Assembly: GCA_017397845.1 (NCBI GenBank)
Contig: JAFQHU010000011.1
Location: forward strand, 5,666-69,665
DNA: 64,000 bases
Direction: 5' to 3'
DNA from: Clostridia bacterium
Lineage (GTDB): Bacteria; Bacillota; Clostridia; Oscillospirales; Acutalibacteraceae
The notes beneath the pieces were generated by a model. It saw only the letters and a list, made by a program, of their open reading frames with translations, was not told where the DNA came from and did no database searches. The position numbers and the translations under genes were made by a program. How positions within the stretch are numbered: the first letter of the stretch is position 1; each line of letters starts with the position of its first letter. Positions 28,760-37,852 of the stretch are shown here, piece after piece.

Positions 28760-29665
28760 ATGTCAAAAGATACAAAAGAAAAGAAAAAGCTTTTTAAAGG
28801 AGAGCGTACTGCCTCCACCATCATCATTATTATCGGTCTGGCGCTGTTTCTCGTAACGGTGGCCATGGACTGGGTGCCCGCTATGACAGTGATTTTAGGT
28901 GCTATTGCCGCCATGGCTACTTACGAGGTGGTAAGAGCCGTCGGAAATAAGAGCAAAATACTTTATACTTTTTCCTGTACGGTAAGTCTTTTTACTGTTT
29001 TAGCCGTAGGCTTCGGTATCCCCGTTCCCGCTGTCGGAGTTCTTTACAGCTTTTATGCGCTTATCCTTCTTTCACTTGGTGTGTTTGATAATAAAAACAT
29101 TCAGTTTATCCACACGGTGACAGCCTTTTTTGCTTCTACAGCATTACCTTATGCCTTTTCCTGCTTTATCAGACTTAACAATATATCGGAAATCAATCCC
29201 GAATATACTCATCAGGAGGGAATTTATTTTGTAGGTCTCGGATTTGCTGCCTCCTGGCTTACTGATTCCTTTGCATATCTTGTGGGCAGAAAATTCGGAA
29301 AGCATAAAATGGCACCGGTTATCAGCCCGAAAAAATCAATTGAAGGAGCAATAGGCGGTGTGGTAATTACTGCCGCATTTAATGTGCTTATTCTCTTCCT
29401 TTTCACCGTGGGATGTAAAAATCTTTATGATTACACACTTTTCGGTGAAAGTGCTATGAAATATCTTTATATTATTCCCATTTCCGTTGTTCTTTCTCTG
29501 GTAAGCATGGTAGGTGATCTTTCCGCTTCTGTGCTCAAAAGAAACTTCGGTATCAAAGACTACAGTCAGCTTCTTCCCGGTCACGGCGGTATAATGGACC
29601 GTTTTGACAGCTGTACCTTTGTTCTTCCCGTGCTTTACGGAATAGTTGCGCTTATTTCTCTTTGA
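28760..29665 (+). CDS. cdsA: Phosphatidate cytidylyltransferase
   Basis: Start moved to ATG 28760 (SD AAAGGAAG). C-terminal signature SVLKRNFGIKDYSQLLPGHGGIMDRFDS. Confidence 0.85.
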   Translation: MSKDTKEKKKLFKGERTASTIIIIIGLALFLVTVAMDWVPAMTVILGAIAAMATYEVVRAVGNKSKILYTFSCTVSLFTVLAVGFGIPVPAVGVLYSFYALILLSLGVFDNKNIQFIHTVTAFFASTALPYAFSCFIRLNNISEINPEYTHQEGIYFVGLGFAASWLTDSFAYLVGRKFGKHKMAPVISPKKSIEGAIGGVVITAAFNVLILFLFTVGCKNLYDYTLFGESAMKYLYIIPISVVLSLVSMVGDLSASVLKRNFGIKDYSQLLPGHGGIMDRFDSCTFVLPVLYGIVALISL

Positions 29666-29691
29666 GTTTTCCTTAAAAGGAGGAAAATAGT

Positions 29692-30837
29692 ATGACGAAA
29701 AAAATTTCCATTTTAGGCTCCACAGGCTCCATCGGTACACAAAGTCTCGATGTTGCCGAAATGAGAGGTTATGAGATTGTCGCTCTCACTGCTGACAGAA
29801 ATGCAGCAGTTTTGGAGGAGCAGATAAGAAAATGGAAGCCGAAATATGCCGCCCTTAATGATGAAAAAGCGGCAAAGGCTCTTAAAACAGCCGTAGCAGA
29901 TACGGACACAAAGGTTTATTCGGGTGCTGAGGGCGTAGCCTTCTGTGCTGCCGCCAAAGAGGCAGATACGGTGCTTAACTCCGTGGTTGGTATAGCGGGA
30001 CTTAAACCTACACTTACTGCAATCGGAGAGGGCAAAAATATTGCTTTGGCAAATAAGGAAACACTTGTTGCCGGCGGAGCCCTTGTTATGAAAAAAGCTA
30101 AAGAAAAGGGCGTTAAGATTTTACCCGTAGACAGTGAGCACAGTGCTATTTTTCAATGTTTAGAGGGCATGAATAAAAAAGAGGAGCTCAAGTCAATCAT
30201 ATTAACAGCATCGGGCGGACCTTTTTTCGGTAAAAAAAGAGAAGAGCTCGAAAAAATAACTGTGGCGGAGGCTCTCAGACATCCCAATTGGAGCATGGGT
30301 GCCAAAATAACCATCGACAGTGCCACTATGATGAATAAGGGCCTTGAGCTTATCGAAGCAGTGTGGCTTTTTGATGTGAGCCCTGATATGATAGATATTG
30401 TGGTTCACAGAGAGAGCATAATTCATTCCCTTATCGAATATAATGATAACTCGGTGATAGCACAGCTCGGCGTCCCCGATATGAGAATTCCCATACAGTA
30501 TGCTCTGACTTATCCGGAAAGGTATCCGTCTCCCGTTAAAAAGCTTAATTTGTGGGATTACCGCAATCTTACCTTTTTTAAGCCTGATTACGAAACCTTT
30601 TCCTGTTTGGGTATTTGCCGTGATGCCATACGCAAAGGCGGACTTTACCCCTGTGCGGCAAACGGTGCCAACGAAAGAGCAAATGCTCTTTTCAGAGAGG
30701 GAAAAATCGGATTTTTACAGATTGCCGAATTAGTTGAAAGGGCAACTGAAAAAACCGAAAACAAAACCGCATATACTCTCGACGATGTTCTCCGTACGGA
30801 TAAATATGCCAGAGAACTTGTAGACAGCTTGTTATAA
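29692..30837 (+). CDS. dxr: 1-deoxy-D-xylulose 5-phosphate reductoisomerase
   Basis: ILGSTGSIGTQSLDV, LANKETLV, DSEHSAIFQC, HPNWSMG motifs. Confidence 0.95.
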   Translation: MTKKISILGSTGSIGTQSLDVAEMRGYEIVALTADRNAAVLEEQIRKWKPKYAALNDEKAAKALKTAVADTDTKVYSGAEGVAFCAAAKEADTVLNSVVGIAGLKPTLTAIGEGKNIALANKETLVAGGALVMKKAKEKGVKILPVDSEHSAIFQCLEGMNKKEELKSIILTASGGPFFGKKREELEKITVAEALRHPNWSMGAKITIDSATMMNKGLELIEAVWLFDVSPDMIDIVVHRESIIHSLIEYNDNSVIAQLGVPDMRIPIQYALTYPERYPSPVKKLNLWDYRNLTFFKPDYETFSCLGICRDAIRKGGLYPCAANGANERANALFREGKIGFLQIAELVERATEKTENKTAYTLDDVLRTDKYARELVDSLL

Positions 30838-30895
30838 TTAAACAATAATCGGATAATTTTTCAGAAAGGAAAGAGAGTTATCTCTTTGTTTTAAG

Positions 30896-32185
30896 ATGGA
30901 TTTTTCTTCAGTTATATCTAAAGTATTACCCTTTGTAATTGCCGTGCTTTTTTTCGGTCTCATTATCTTTATTCATGAATTCGGACATTTTATCTTTGCC
31001 AAACTTTTCGGAGTAAAGGTAAATGAGTTTGCTATAGGTATGGGACCCACCGTATTAAAAAAGCAGGGCAAGGAAACCAAATACGCACTTCGCCTGTTGC
31101 CCTTCGGCGGCTTTGTAAGCATGGAGGGTGAAGAGGAAAAAAGTGAAGACAGCCGTGCCTTTTGTAATCAGAAGGTATGGAAGAGAATGATTATCATTTC
31201 TGCGGGAGCCGTTATGAATCTTATTCTCGGATTTATTGTCTGTATTTTTCTCGTTTCGGGCAGTGAGCTTGTGGGCACAAATGAAATATTGCAGTTTTAT
31301 GAGGGCGCCGTAAGCTCTGAGAGCGGTCTTGCCGTAGGTGATAAAATTTTAGAAATCGACGGAAAAAAGGTTTATTCCGATTATGATATCAGCTTTCTTA
31401 TGCAGAGAAACAGCAGCGGGAAATATGACTTTCTCGTTGAGCGCGAAGGAGAGAAGATTTACTTTGAGGATGTAACCTTCGCCAAAAGAACAAGCGGAAA
31501 TTTTTATTACAGAGAAAATTGCTCGGTTTATGATGTCTCTGCTCTGCTGAAGGATCAGGGCTTTAAGGATGAGGATATTATTCTTAACATAAACGGAAAA
31601 GCAGTAAAAAATGCGGAAGAATTGATCGCACAGATTGATGCAGATAAAGATTTTACTTATGATTTCACCCTTAAAAGAGGGGAAGAGAAAATCTCCCTTT
31701 CACAGGTAAAGCTTAATACGGCTACTGTCTTTGATTTTTCTATTTTAGGCGAAGAAAAAAATGTGCTTAATGTTTTATCCTCCGCCTTCGGTTACAGTAT
31801 TTCCATGGGCAGAATGGTTTATCTGAGTCTTTTTGATTTACTCAGAGGTCAGTACGGACTCAATGATCTGGCGGGTCCCATCGGTACCGTAACGGTAATA
31901 GCTGATATTGCCCAAAGCAGTATTGCCGCTGTTGATTGGAGCGGACTTTTCATGATGATGGCTATGATTACCATCAATATCGGTCTTTTTAATCTTTTGC
32001 CCGTTCCCGCTCTTGACGGCGGTCACCTGTTCTTTATGGTGTTTGAAATTATATTCAGAAAACCCGTACCTCAGAAATATGAATCCTGGATACATGCCGC
32101 GGGACTGATTATCCTTTTGGCTTTTATGGCGGTTATCAGCTTCAGCGATATATGGAAGCTGGTTTCGGGACGCGGATTTTATTAA
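30896..32185 (+). CDS. rseP: RIP metalloprotease RseP (site-2 protease, M50) with PDZ region
   Basis: HEFGHF zinc motif in TM1 and C-terminal NLLPVPALDGG motif. Conserved position after dxr. Confidence 0.85.
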   Translation: MDFSSVISKVLPFVIAVLFFGLIIFIHEFGHFIFAKLFGVKVNEFAIGMGPTVLKKQGKETKYALRLLPFGGFVSMEGEEEKSEDSRAFCNQKVWKRMIIISAGAVMNLILGFIVCIFLVSGSELVGTNEILQFYEGAVSSESGLAVGDKILEIDGKKVYSDYDISFLMQRNSSGKYDFLVEREGEKIYFEDVTFAKRTSGNFYYRENCSVYDVSALLKDQGFKDEDIILNINGKAVKNAEELIAQIDADKDFTYDFTLKRGEEKISLSQVKLNTATVFDFSILGEEKNVLNVLSSAFGYSISMGRMVYLSLFDLLRGQYGLNDLAGPIGTVTVIADIAQSSIAAVDWSGLFMMMAMITINIGLFNLLPVPALDGGHLFFMVFEIIFRKPVPQKYESWIHAAGLIILLAFMAVISFSDIWKLVSGRGFY

Positions 32186-32204
32186 GTGAAACAAGGTGAA
32201 ACCT

Positions 32205-33257
32205 ATGATAAAAAAAAGAGAATGCAAAAAGGTTAAGGTAGGTAACATTTTTATCGGCGGAGACAGCAAGATTACCGTTCAGTCCATGCTGAACATTCCC
32301 GCACACGATATACAGGGTAATGTTTCGCAGGCGCAGAGGCTTGAAAAAGCCGGCTGTGAAATTATAAGAGTAGCCGTTCCTGATATTGAAAGCGTAAAAA
32401 CCGTGGCGGCACTAAAAGAAAATATCAGTGTGCCCGTCGTAGCGGACATACATTTTGATTACCGCCTTGCTTTGGCAAGTATCGATGCCGGGGTAGATAA
32501 AATCCGCATAAATCCGGGTAATATCGGTGCCGACGAAAATGTTAGGGCTGTGGCTGAAAAATGCCGTCTTCACGGTGTTCCTATCCGTATCGGAGTTAAT
32601 TCAGGCTCTGTGGAAAAGGAAATGTTGGCGCGCTATGGCGGGCCCACCCCGGAGGCTATGGCACAAAGTGCGATGTATCACGTTAAACTGCTCGAAAAAT
32701 ATGATTTCGATGATATCGTAATTTCCATAAAATCATCAAATGTTTGTAATATGATAAGTGCATACGAAAGAGTAGCGGAGCTTTGCTCTTATCCTCTTCA
32801 TCTCGGTGTTACTGAATCGGGTACAGCGAGAATGGGACTTATCAAATCAAGTGTGGGTATCGGTTCGCTGCTTACCCGCGGAATAGGAGACACCATCCGT
32901 GTATCTCTGACCGATGACCCGGTAAATGAGGTCTATGCAGGCTTCGATATTCTGAAAGCCATCGGTATAGACAAAAGCACACCCTCTCTCGTTTCCTGTC
33001 CCACCTGCGGCAGAACAAAAATTGACCTTATCTCTTTGGCAAACAAGGTCGAAGAGAGACTCCGCTCTGTCAAAAAAAATATCACCGTAGCGGTTATGGG
33101 CTGTGTTGTAAACGGTCCCGGTGAAGCTAAGGAAGCAGACATCGGTATCGCAGGCGGTGACGGATGTGCCATTATTTTCAAAAAAGGCGAAATTTTAAGA
33201 AAAGTCAGCGAAGAAAATATTTTAGACGAATTAATGAAAGAAATTGAAAATTTATAA
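32205..33257 (+). CDS. ispG: 4-hydroxy-3-methylbut-2-en-1-yl diphosphate synthase
   Basis: VQSM.N, RINPGNIG, CPTCGRT and MGCVVNGPGEA motifs. ATG 32205 is preferred over GTG 32196. Confidence 0.95.
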   Translation: MIKKRECKKVKVGNIFIGGDSKITVQSMLNIPAHDIQGNVSQAQRLEKAGCEIIRVAVPDIESVKTVAALKENISVPVVADIHFDYRLALASIDAGVDKIRINPGNIGADENVRAVAEKCRLHGVPIRIGVNSGSVEKEMLARYGGPTPEAMAQSAMYHVKLLEKYDFDDIVISIKSSNVCNMISAYERVAELCSYPLHLGVTESGTARMGLIKSSVGIGSLLTRGIGDTIRVSLTDDPVNEVYAGFDILKAIGIDKSTPSLVSCPTCGRTKIDLISLANKVEERLRSVKKNITVAVMGCVVNGPGEAKEADIGIAGGDGCAIIFKKGEILRKVSEENILDELMKEIENL

Positions 33258-33270
33258 GACGGAGAATTAA

Positions 33271-36200
33271 ATGAACAGTGTTTTTGAGGAACTGTTCGGA
33301 CCTTTTAATTCAAAGGAAATAAGTGAAAGGTTCGCAGAATGTAAAATAGAAAACGTTGCAATTTCCATGGAGAAAAAGTTGGTCGAAATCAAAGCTTTCT
33401 TTCCGTGTCTTGTTACGGATAAAATTATAGAAGAAGCTCAGTCGGATTTGGCAAATCGTCTGGGCGTTGCTTCGGTGTCAATAAAACCACGTATGCCTTC
33501 CGAATGCTTTTCTGAGGGCTATTTTGCCACCCTTATAAGAGAGACAAACTCAGCTCTTGCCGCCACTAACGGTTTTTTTGAGGACAGCAAGGGCTCCTTT
33601 GACGGGACAACTCTTTTTGTGGAGCTTTCCCACGGCGGTGCTTCCATACTTGAAGGTGTCGGAGCAGGGGAATATATATCAAAGCTTATCGGTGAACGCT
33701 TCGGCAGAAAAGTAGACGTTCAGTTCACGGGCATTAGAGAGCTGCAGATAAGCGACGAAGAAATTGCCTCTTTCCACAGAAAAGCCGAAGAGGAAAATCT
33801 TCGTGCCAAGGGCATTGACCCCGCCGAATATATGACTCCGAAGCCGAAAGAGCATAAAATTGTAGAGGGTATTCCTCTTTATCTTGAAACAGTTAAGCCC
33901 ATCTACGGAAATAAGATCACAAAAAATCCAAAACCGCTTAATGAAATCTCTGTTGAAGACGGCTCATGTGTGGTATGGGGCGACGTTTTCGGCTTTGACA
34001 GCAGAGAGACCAGAGACGGCAGAAGCTACATAATAACCTTTAACATTACAGATAACACCTACGCCTATACCTGTAAGGTTTTTGAAAGAAAGGAAAACTG
34101 TGATGCCATTATGGCGAAGGTAAAGGACGGCGTTACTCTTATGATAAGAGGCGACCTTGCCTTCGATAAATTTTCGGGTGAAAATGTGATCTCCCCCCGT
34201 GCCATCTGTCTCGTGGATAAGATACAGAAAGAGGATAATGCAGAAGAAAAAAGAGTTGAGCTTCATCTTCACACCAAAATGTCCATGATGGACGGTATGA
34301 CGGATGCATCGGTTCTTGTAAAAAGAGCAATTGCATGGGGTCACAAAGCTATTGCCATAACCGACCACGGTGTCGTTCAGGCTTACCCCGAAGCTGTTTC
34401 CGCCGCAGGAGGAAAGATAAAAATCATCTACGGTATGGAAGGCTATTTTATGGATGACACGGACATAAGCTTTGAGGATTGGAAAAAGGCAAAGAATAAA
34501 TATTTCCATCAGATAATTTTAGCAAGAAATCTCACAGGTCTTAAAAATCTTTATAAGCTTATTACCAAATCAAATCTCGAATACTTCCATCGCAGACCCA
34601 TAATTCCGAAAAGCGAGCTCATAAAGCACAGAGAGGGCCTTATTATAGGCAGTGCCTGTGAGGCAGGTGAATTGTACCGTGCCATCGTTGAGGGTAAAAG
34701 CGATGAAGAAATACTTAAAATCGCATCTTTTTATGATTATTTGGAGATTCAGCCCTGCGGTAATAATGAATATATGATAAGAAGTGAAAAATTTCCTCAC
34801 GTAAATTCCGTGGAGGATATAAGAAACTTCAACCGTAAGGTGATTCATGTGGCGGATGCTGTGGGCAAGCCCGTAGTTGCCACATGTGATGTACACTTTA
34901 TCGATCCTGAGGATGCACGCTACAGAGCAATTCTCATGGCGGGTCAGGGCTTCTCCGATGCAGATATGCAAGCTCCGCTTTTCTTCCGAAACACAGATGA
35001 AATGCTCTCTGAATTCGACTATCTCGGTGAAGATACGGCAAAGGAGATCGTTATAACAAATCCTAATATGATTGCCGATATGGTTGAAAAAATCATACCG
35101 ATTCCCAGCGGTAACTATCCTCCATCACTTGAGGGTGCTGATGACGAGCTTACCCGTCTTTGTTGGGATAAGGCAAAAAGTCTTTTCGGCGATCCTGTTC
35201 CCGAATATGTGGCAAAAAGACTCGACAAAGAGCTTACTTCCATCATCAAGCACGGCTTCGGCGTTCTTTATATGATTGCTCAGAAGCTTGTTAAAAACTC
35301 CGAAGAACACGGCTACCACGTAGGCTCACGAGGCTCTGTCGGCTCCTCATATGTTGCCAACGCTTCAGGTATTTCAGAGGTTAATCCTCTTGCACCTCAT
35401 TACCGCTGTCCGAACTGTAAATGGTCGGAATTTTTCCTCAAGGGTGAGGTTGGTTCAGGCTATGACCTTCCCAAAAAGAACTGTCCCGAATGCGGTACGG
35501 ATCTTATCCGTGACGGACACGACATTCCCTTTGAAACCTTCCTTGGCTTCAAGGGCGATAAAAGCCCTGATATTGACCTTAATTTCTCAGGTGAATATCA
35601 GTCGAGAGCGCATCGCTATACAGAAACTCTTTTCGGTGACGGTCACGTTTTCAAAGCGGGAACCATCGCTTCTGTTGCCGATAAAACCGCTTACGGCTAT
35701 GTTAAAAAGTATCTGCAGGAAAGAGATATTGTGGTCAGCCGTGCCGAAGAGGATCGACTTACCCGTGGCTGTACGGGAGTAAAAAGAACCACAGGCCAGC
35801 ATCCGGGAGGCATGGTTGTTGTTCCCGATTGCTTTGATGCTGCGGATTTCACCCCTATTCAGCATCCTGCCGACGACTCAAAGAGTGATACAAGAACCAC
35901 TCACTTCGACTTCCATGCACTTCATGATACCATTCTGAAGCTTGATAATCTGGGTCATGATGTTCCTTCACTTTATAAACATCTTGAGGACCTGACAGGT
36001 ATCCCTGTTATGGAAACGGACATTTGTGACCCGAAGGTTTATGAGCTTATTCTTTCACCGGCACCTCTTAATGTTACTCCCGAAGATATCGATTGCCCCA
36101 CAGGTACTCTTTCCATTCCTGAAATGGGTACACCGTTTGTTATCCAGATGCTGTTGGATGCGAAACCCCGTAATTTCTCCGAGCTTTTGCAGATATCAGG

Positions 36201-37005
36201 TCTTTCACACGGTACGGGAGTATGGCTCGGAAATGCTCAGGACCTTATTAAAGAGGGTACGTGTACCATTGCAAATGTTATCGGTACGCGTGATAATATT
36301 ATGGTTTACCTTATGCATAAGGGTGTTGAGCCGAGCATGGCTTTCAAAATTATGGAAATCGTTCGAAAGGGTAAGGCAACCAAGCTTCTCACCGATGAAC
36401 ATAAGCAGGCTATGAAGGACAACGGTGTAGAGCAGTGGTATATAGACTCCTGCATGAAAATTCAGTACATGTTCCCGAAAGCTCACGCTGCCGCTTATGT
36501 CAGTGCAGCATTGCGGCTCGGTTGGTACAAAATATATTATCCGCTTGAATATTATGCTGCATTTATGACAGTACGAGGCGGAGATATCGAAGCGGTTACC
36601 GTGCTGAAGGGCAGAGATGCCGTCAGAAGACGTATGGCGGAAATAAAGGCAAAAGGCAAGGATGCTCAGCCGAAAGAGCTCAACATGTATCCTTCACTTC
36701 AGGTGGTCAACGAAATGATGGCACGAGGAATTGAGTTCTTACCCATCGATATTTATAAATCCGATGCCACAGTTTACCGCATAGAGGACGGGAAAATCCG
36801 TATGCCCTTCGGTGCCATGGCAGGTGTAGGCGAAAATGCCGCCATAGCTTTGGCCAAAGCGAGAGAGGGTGTAGCGGAATTTGTCTCGATTGATGATTTT
36901 GCTCAAAAGGCATCGGCATCCTCAGCGGTAATAGAGGCACTCCGTCAGGTAGGAGCCTTCGGCGATTTGCCGGAAACGAGACAAATGAGCTTATTTGATA
37001 TGTAA
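33271..37005 (+). CDS. polC: DNA polymerase III PolC-type, apparently lacking the DEDDh 3'-5' exonuclease insertion
   Basis: PolC architecture is present: N-terminal domains, OB region, PHP (ELHLHTKMSMMDG, ITDHGVVQAYPE), palm with Zn module (CPNC...CPEC), GQHPGGMVVVP, KAHAAAYV. It is 1244 aa, and GMEGYFMDD is followed after about 20 aa by FHQIILARNLTGLKNLYKL, with no DxE...HxxxD exonuclease block. Confidence 0.9.
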   Translation: MNSVFEELFGPFNSKEISERFAECKIENVAISMEKKLVEIKAFFPCLVTDKIIEEAQSDLANRLGVASVSIKPRMPSECFSEGYFATLIRETNSALAATNGFFEDSKGSFDGTTLFVELSHGGASILEGVGAGEYISKLIGERFGRKVDVQFTGIRELQISDEEIASFHRKAEEENLRAKGIDPAEYMTPKPKEHKIVEGIPLYLETVKPIYGNKITKNPKPLNEISVEDGSCVVWGDVFGFDSRETRDGRSYIITFNITDNTYAYTCKVFERKENCDAIMAKVKDGVTLMIRGDLAFDKFSGENVISPRAICLVDKIQKEDNAEEKRVELHLHTKMSMMDGMTDASVLVKRAIAWGHKAIAITDHGVVQAYPEAVSAAGGKIKIIYGMEGYFMDDTDISFEDWKKAKNKYFHQIILARNLTGLKNLYKLITKSNLEYFHRRPIIPKSELIKHREGLIIGSACEAGELYRAIVEGKSDEEILKIASFYDYLEIQPCGNNEYMIRSEKFPHVNSVEDIRNFNRKVIHVADAVGKPVVATCDVHFIDPEDARYRAILMAGQGFSDADMQAPLFFRNTDEMLSEFDYLGEDTAKEIVITNPNMIADMVEKIIPIPSGNYPPSLEGADDELTRLCWDKAKSLFGDPVPEYVAKRLDKELTSIIKHGFGVLYMIAQKLVKNSEEHGYHVGSRGSVGSSYVANASGISEVNPLAPHYRCPNCKWSEFFLKGEVGSGYDLPKKNCPECGTDLIRDGHDIPFETFLGFKGDKSPDIDLNFSGEYQSRAHRYTETLFGDGHVFKAGTIASVADKTAYGYVKKYLQERDIVVSRAEEDRLTRGCTGVKRTTGQHPGGMVVVPDCFDAADFTPIQHPADDSKSDTRTTHFDFHALHDTILKLDNLGHDVPSLYKHLEDLTGIPVMETDICDPKVYELILSPAPLNVTPEDIDCPTGTLSIPEMGTPFVIQMLLDAKPRNFSELLQISGLSHGTGVWLGNAQDLIKEGTCTIANVIGTRDNIMVYLMHKGVEPSMAFKIMEIVRKGKATKLLTDEHKQAMKDNGVEQWYIDSCMKIQYMFPKAHAAAYVSAALRLGWYKIYYPLEYYAAFMTVRGGDIEAVTVLKGRDAVRRRMAEIKAKGKDAQPKELNMYPSLQVVNEMMARGIEFLPIDIYKSDATVYRIEDGKIRMPFGAMAGVGENAAIALAKAREGVAEFVSIDDFAQKASASSAVIEALRQVGAFGDLPETRQMSLFDM

Positions 37006-37039
37006 TAATAATTAATGATGGAAGAAAGGAAGAAAGAAT

Positions 37040-37759
37040 ATGAGTAAAATTTTTGCGCACAGAGGCTTTAGCGGTAAATATCCTGAAAACACTATGCTTG
37101 CTTTTGAAAAGGCTGTGGAAATCGGTGTTGACGGTATTGAGCTTGATGTTCATCTGACAAAGGATAATGAGCTTGTTATCATTCATGATGAAGATATAAA
37201 GCGCACCTGTGACGGTGAAGGTCTTGTAAAGGATATGACATTGGAGGAGCTGAGAAAATTTGATGCTTCCGCCACCTTCAAAGGTGTTTACGGCTTTTGC
37301 GGTATTCCGACCCTGAGAGAATACTTTGAACTCATTAAGGATACGGCAATCATCACAAACATTGAGCTTAAAACAGGTGTTTACGAATATCCCACAATCG
37401 AAAAAAGAACGGTTGATCTTATCAGAGAATACGGTATTGAGGACAGAATAATCTTTTCTTCCTTTAATCATTTCACAGTAAAGCGTTGTGAGAAAATTGC
37501 ACCCGATATTAAAAGAGGCTTCCTTACAGGCGACTGGCTCGTAGATTTCGGCAAATACACTGCCGAAAGAAATGTGCAGTGCTGTCATCCCTGGCATGTA
37601 ACCTTAAGTCAGGAGGTAATCGATGAAATGCACGCAGAAGGCAGAGAAATCAACACATGGACTGTTAATGAATATGAGGACATCGAAAGACTTGCCGCTA
37701 TGGGCGTTGATTCACTTATCGGTAATTTCCCCGACAGGATGATAGAAAAGTTGAGATAA
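37040..37759 (+). CDS. Glycerophosphodiester phosphodiesterase (GlpQ/UgpQ family), cytoplasmic type
   Basis: IFAHRGFSGKYPENT, GVDGIELDVHLTKD, IIHD motifs. 239 aa. Confidence 0.85.
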   Translation: MSKIFAHRGFSGKYPENTMLAFEKAVEIGVDGIELDVHLTKDNELVIIHDEDIKRTCDGEGLVKDMTLEELRKFDASATFKGVYGFCGIPTLREYFELIKDTAIITNIELKTGVYEYPTIEKRTVDLIREYGIEDRIIFSSFNHFTVKRCEKIAPDIKRGFLTGDWLVDFGKYTAERNVQCCHPWHVTLSQEVIDEMHAEGREINTWTVNEYEDIERLAAMGVDSLIGNFPDRMIEKLR

Positions 37760-37793
37760 GATATGACAGTTAATTACTGTTAACAGTATTGAC

Positions 37794-37822
37794 TTGAAAA
37801 TAATAGTCTGTAGTAGTATAAT
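37794..37822 (+). promoter_or_regulatory. Sigma-A type promoter for the glycosylation gene cluster
   Basis: TTGAAA (37794-37799), 17-nt spacer, TATAAT (37817-37822). Confidence 0.5.
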
Positions 37823-37852
37823 CTAAGTGTTTGATTTACGGAAGGAAAGATA

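Noticed and set aside
36707-37597. 296-aa minus-strand ORF spanning the polC 3' end and the phosphodiesterase gene
   Set aside because: It overlaps two motif-supported plus-strand genes and the intergenic SD region. It has no motifs and is a shadow ORF.
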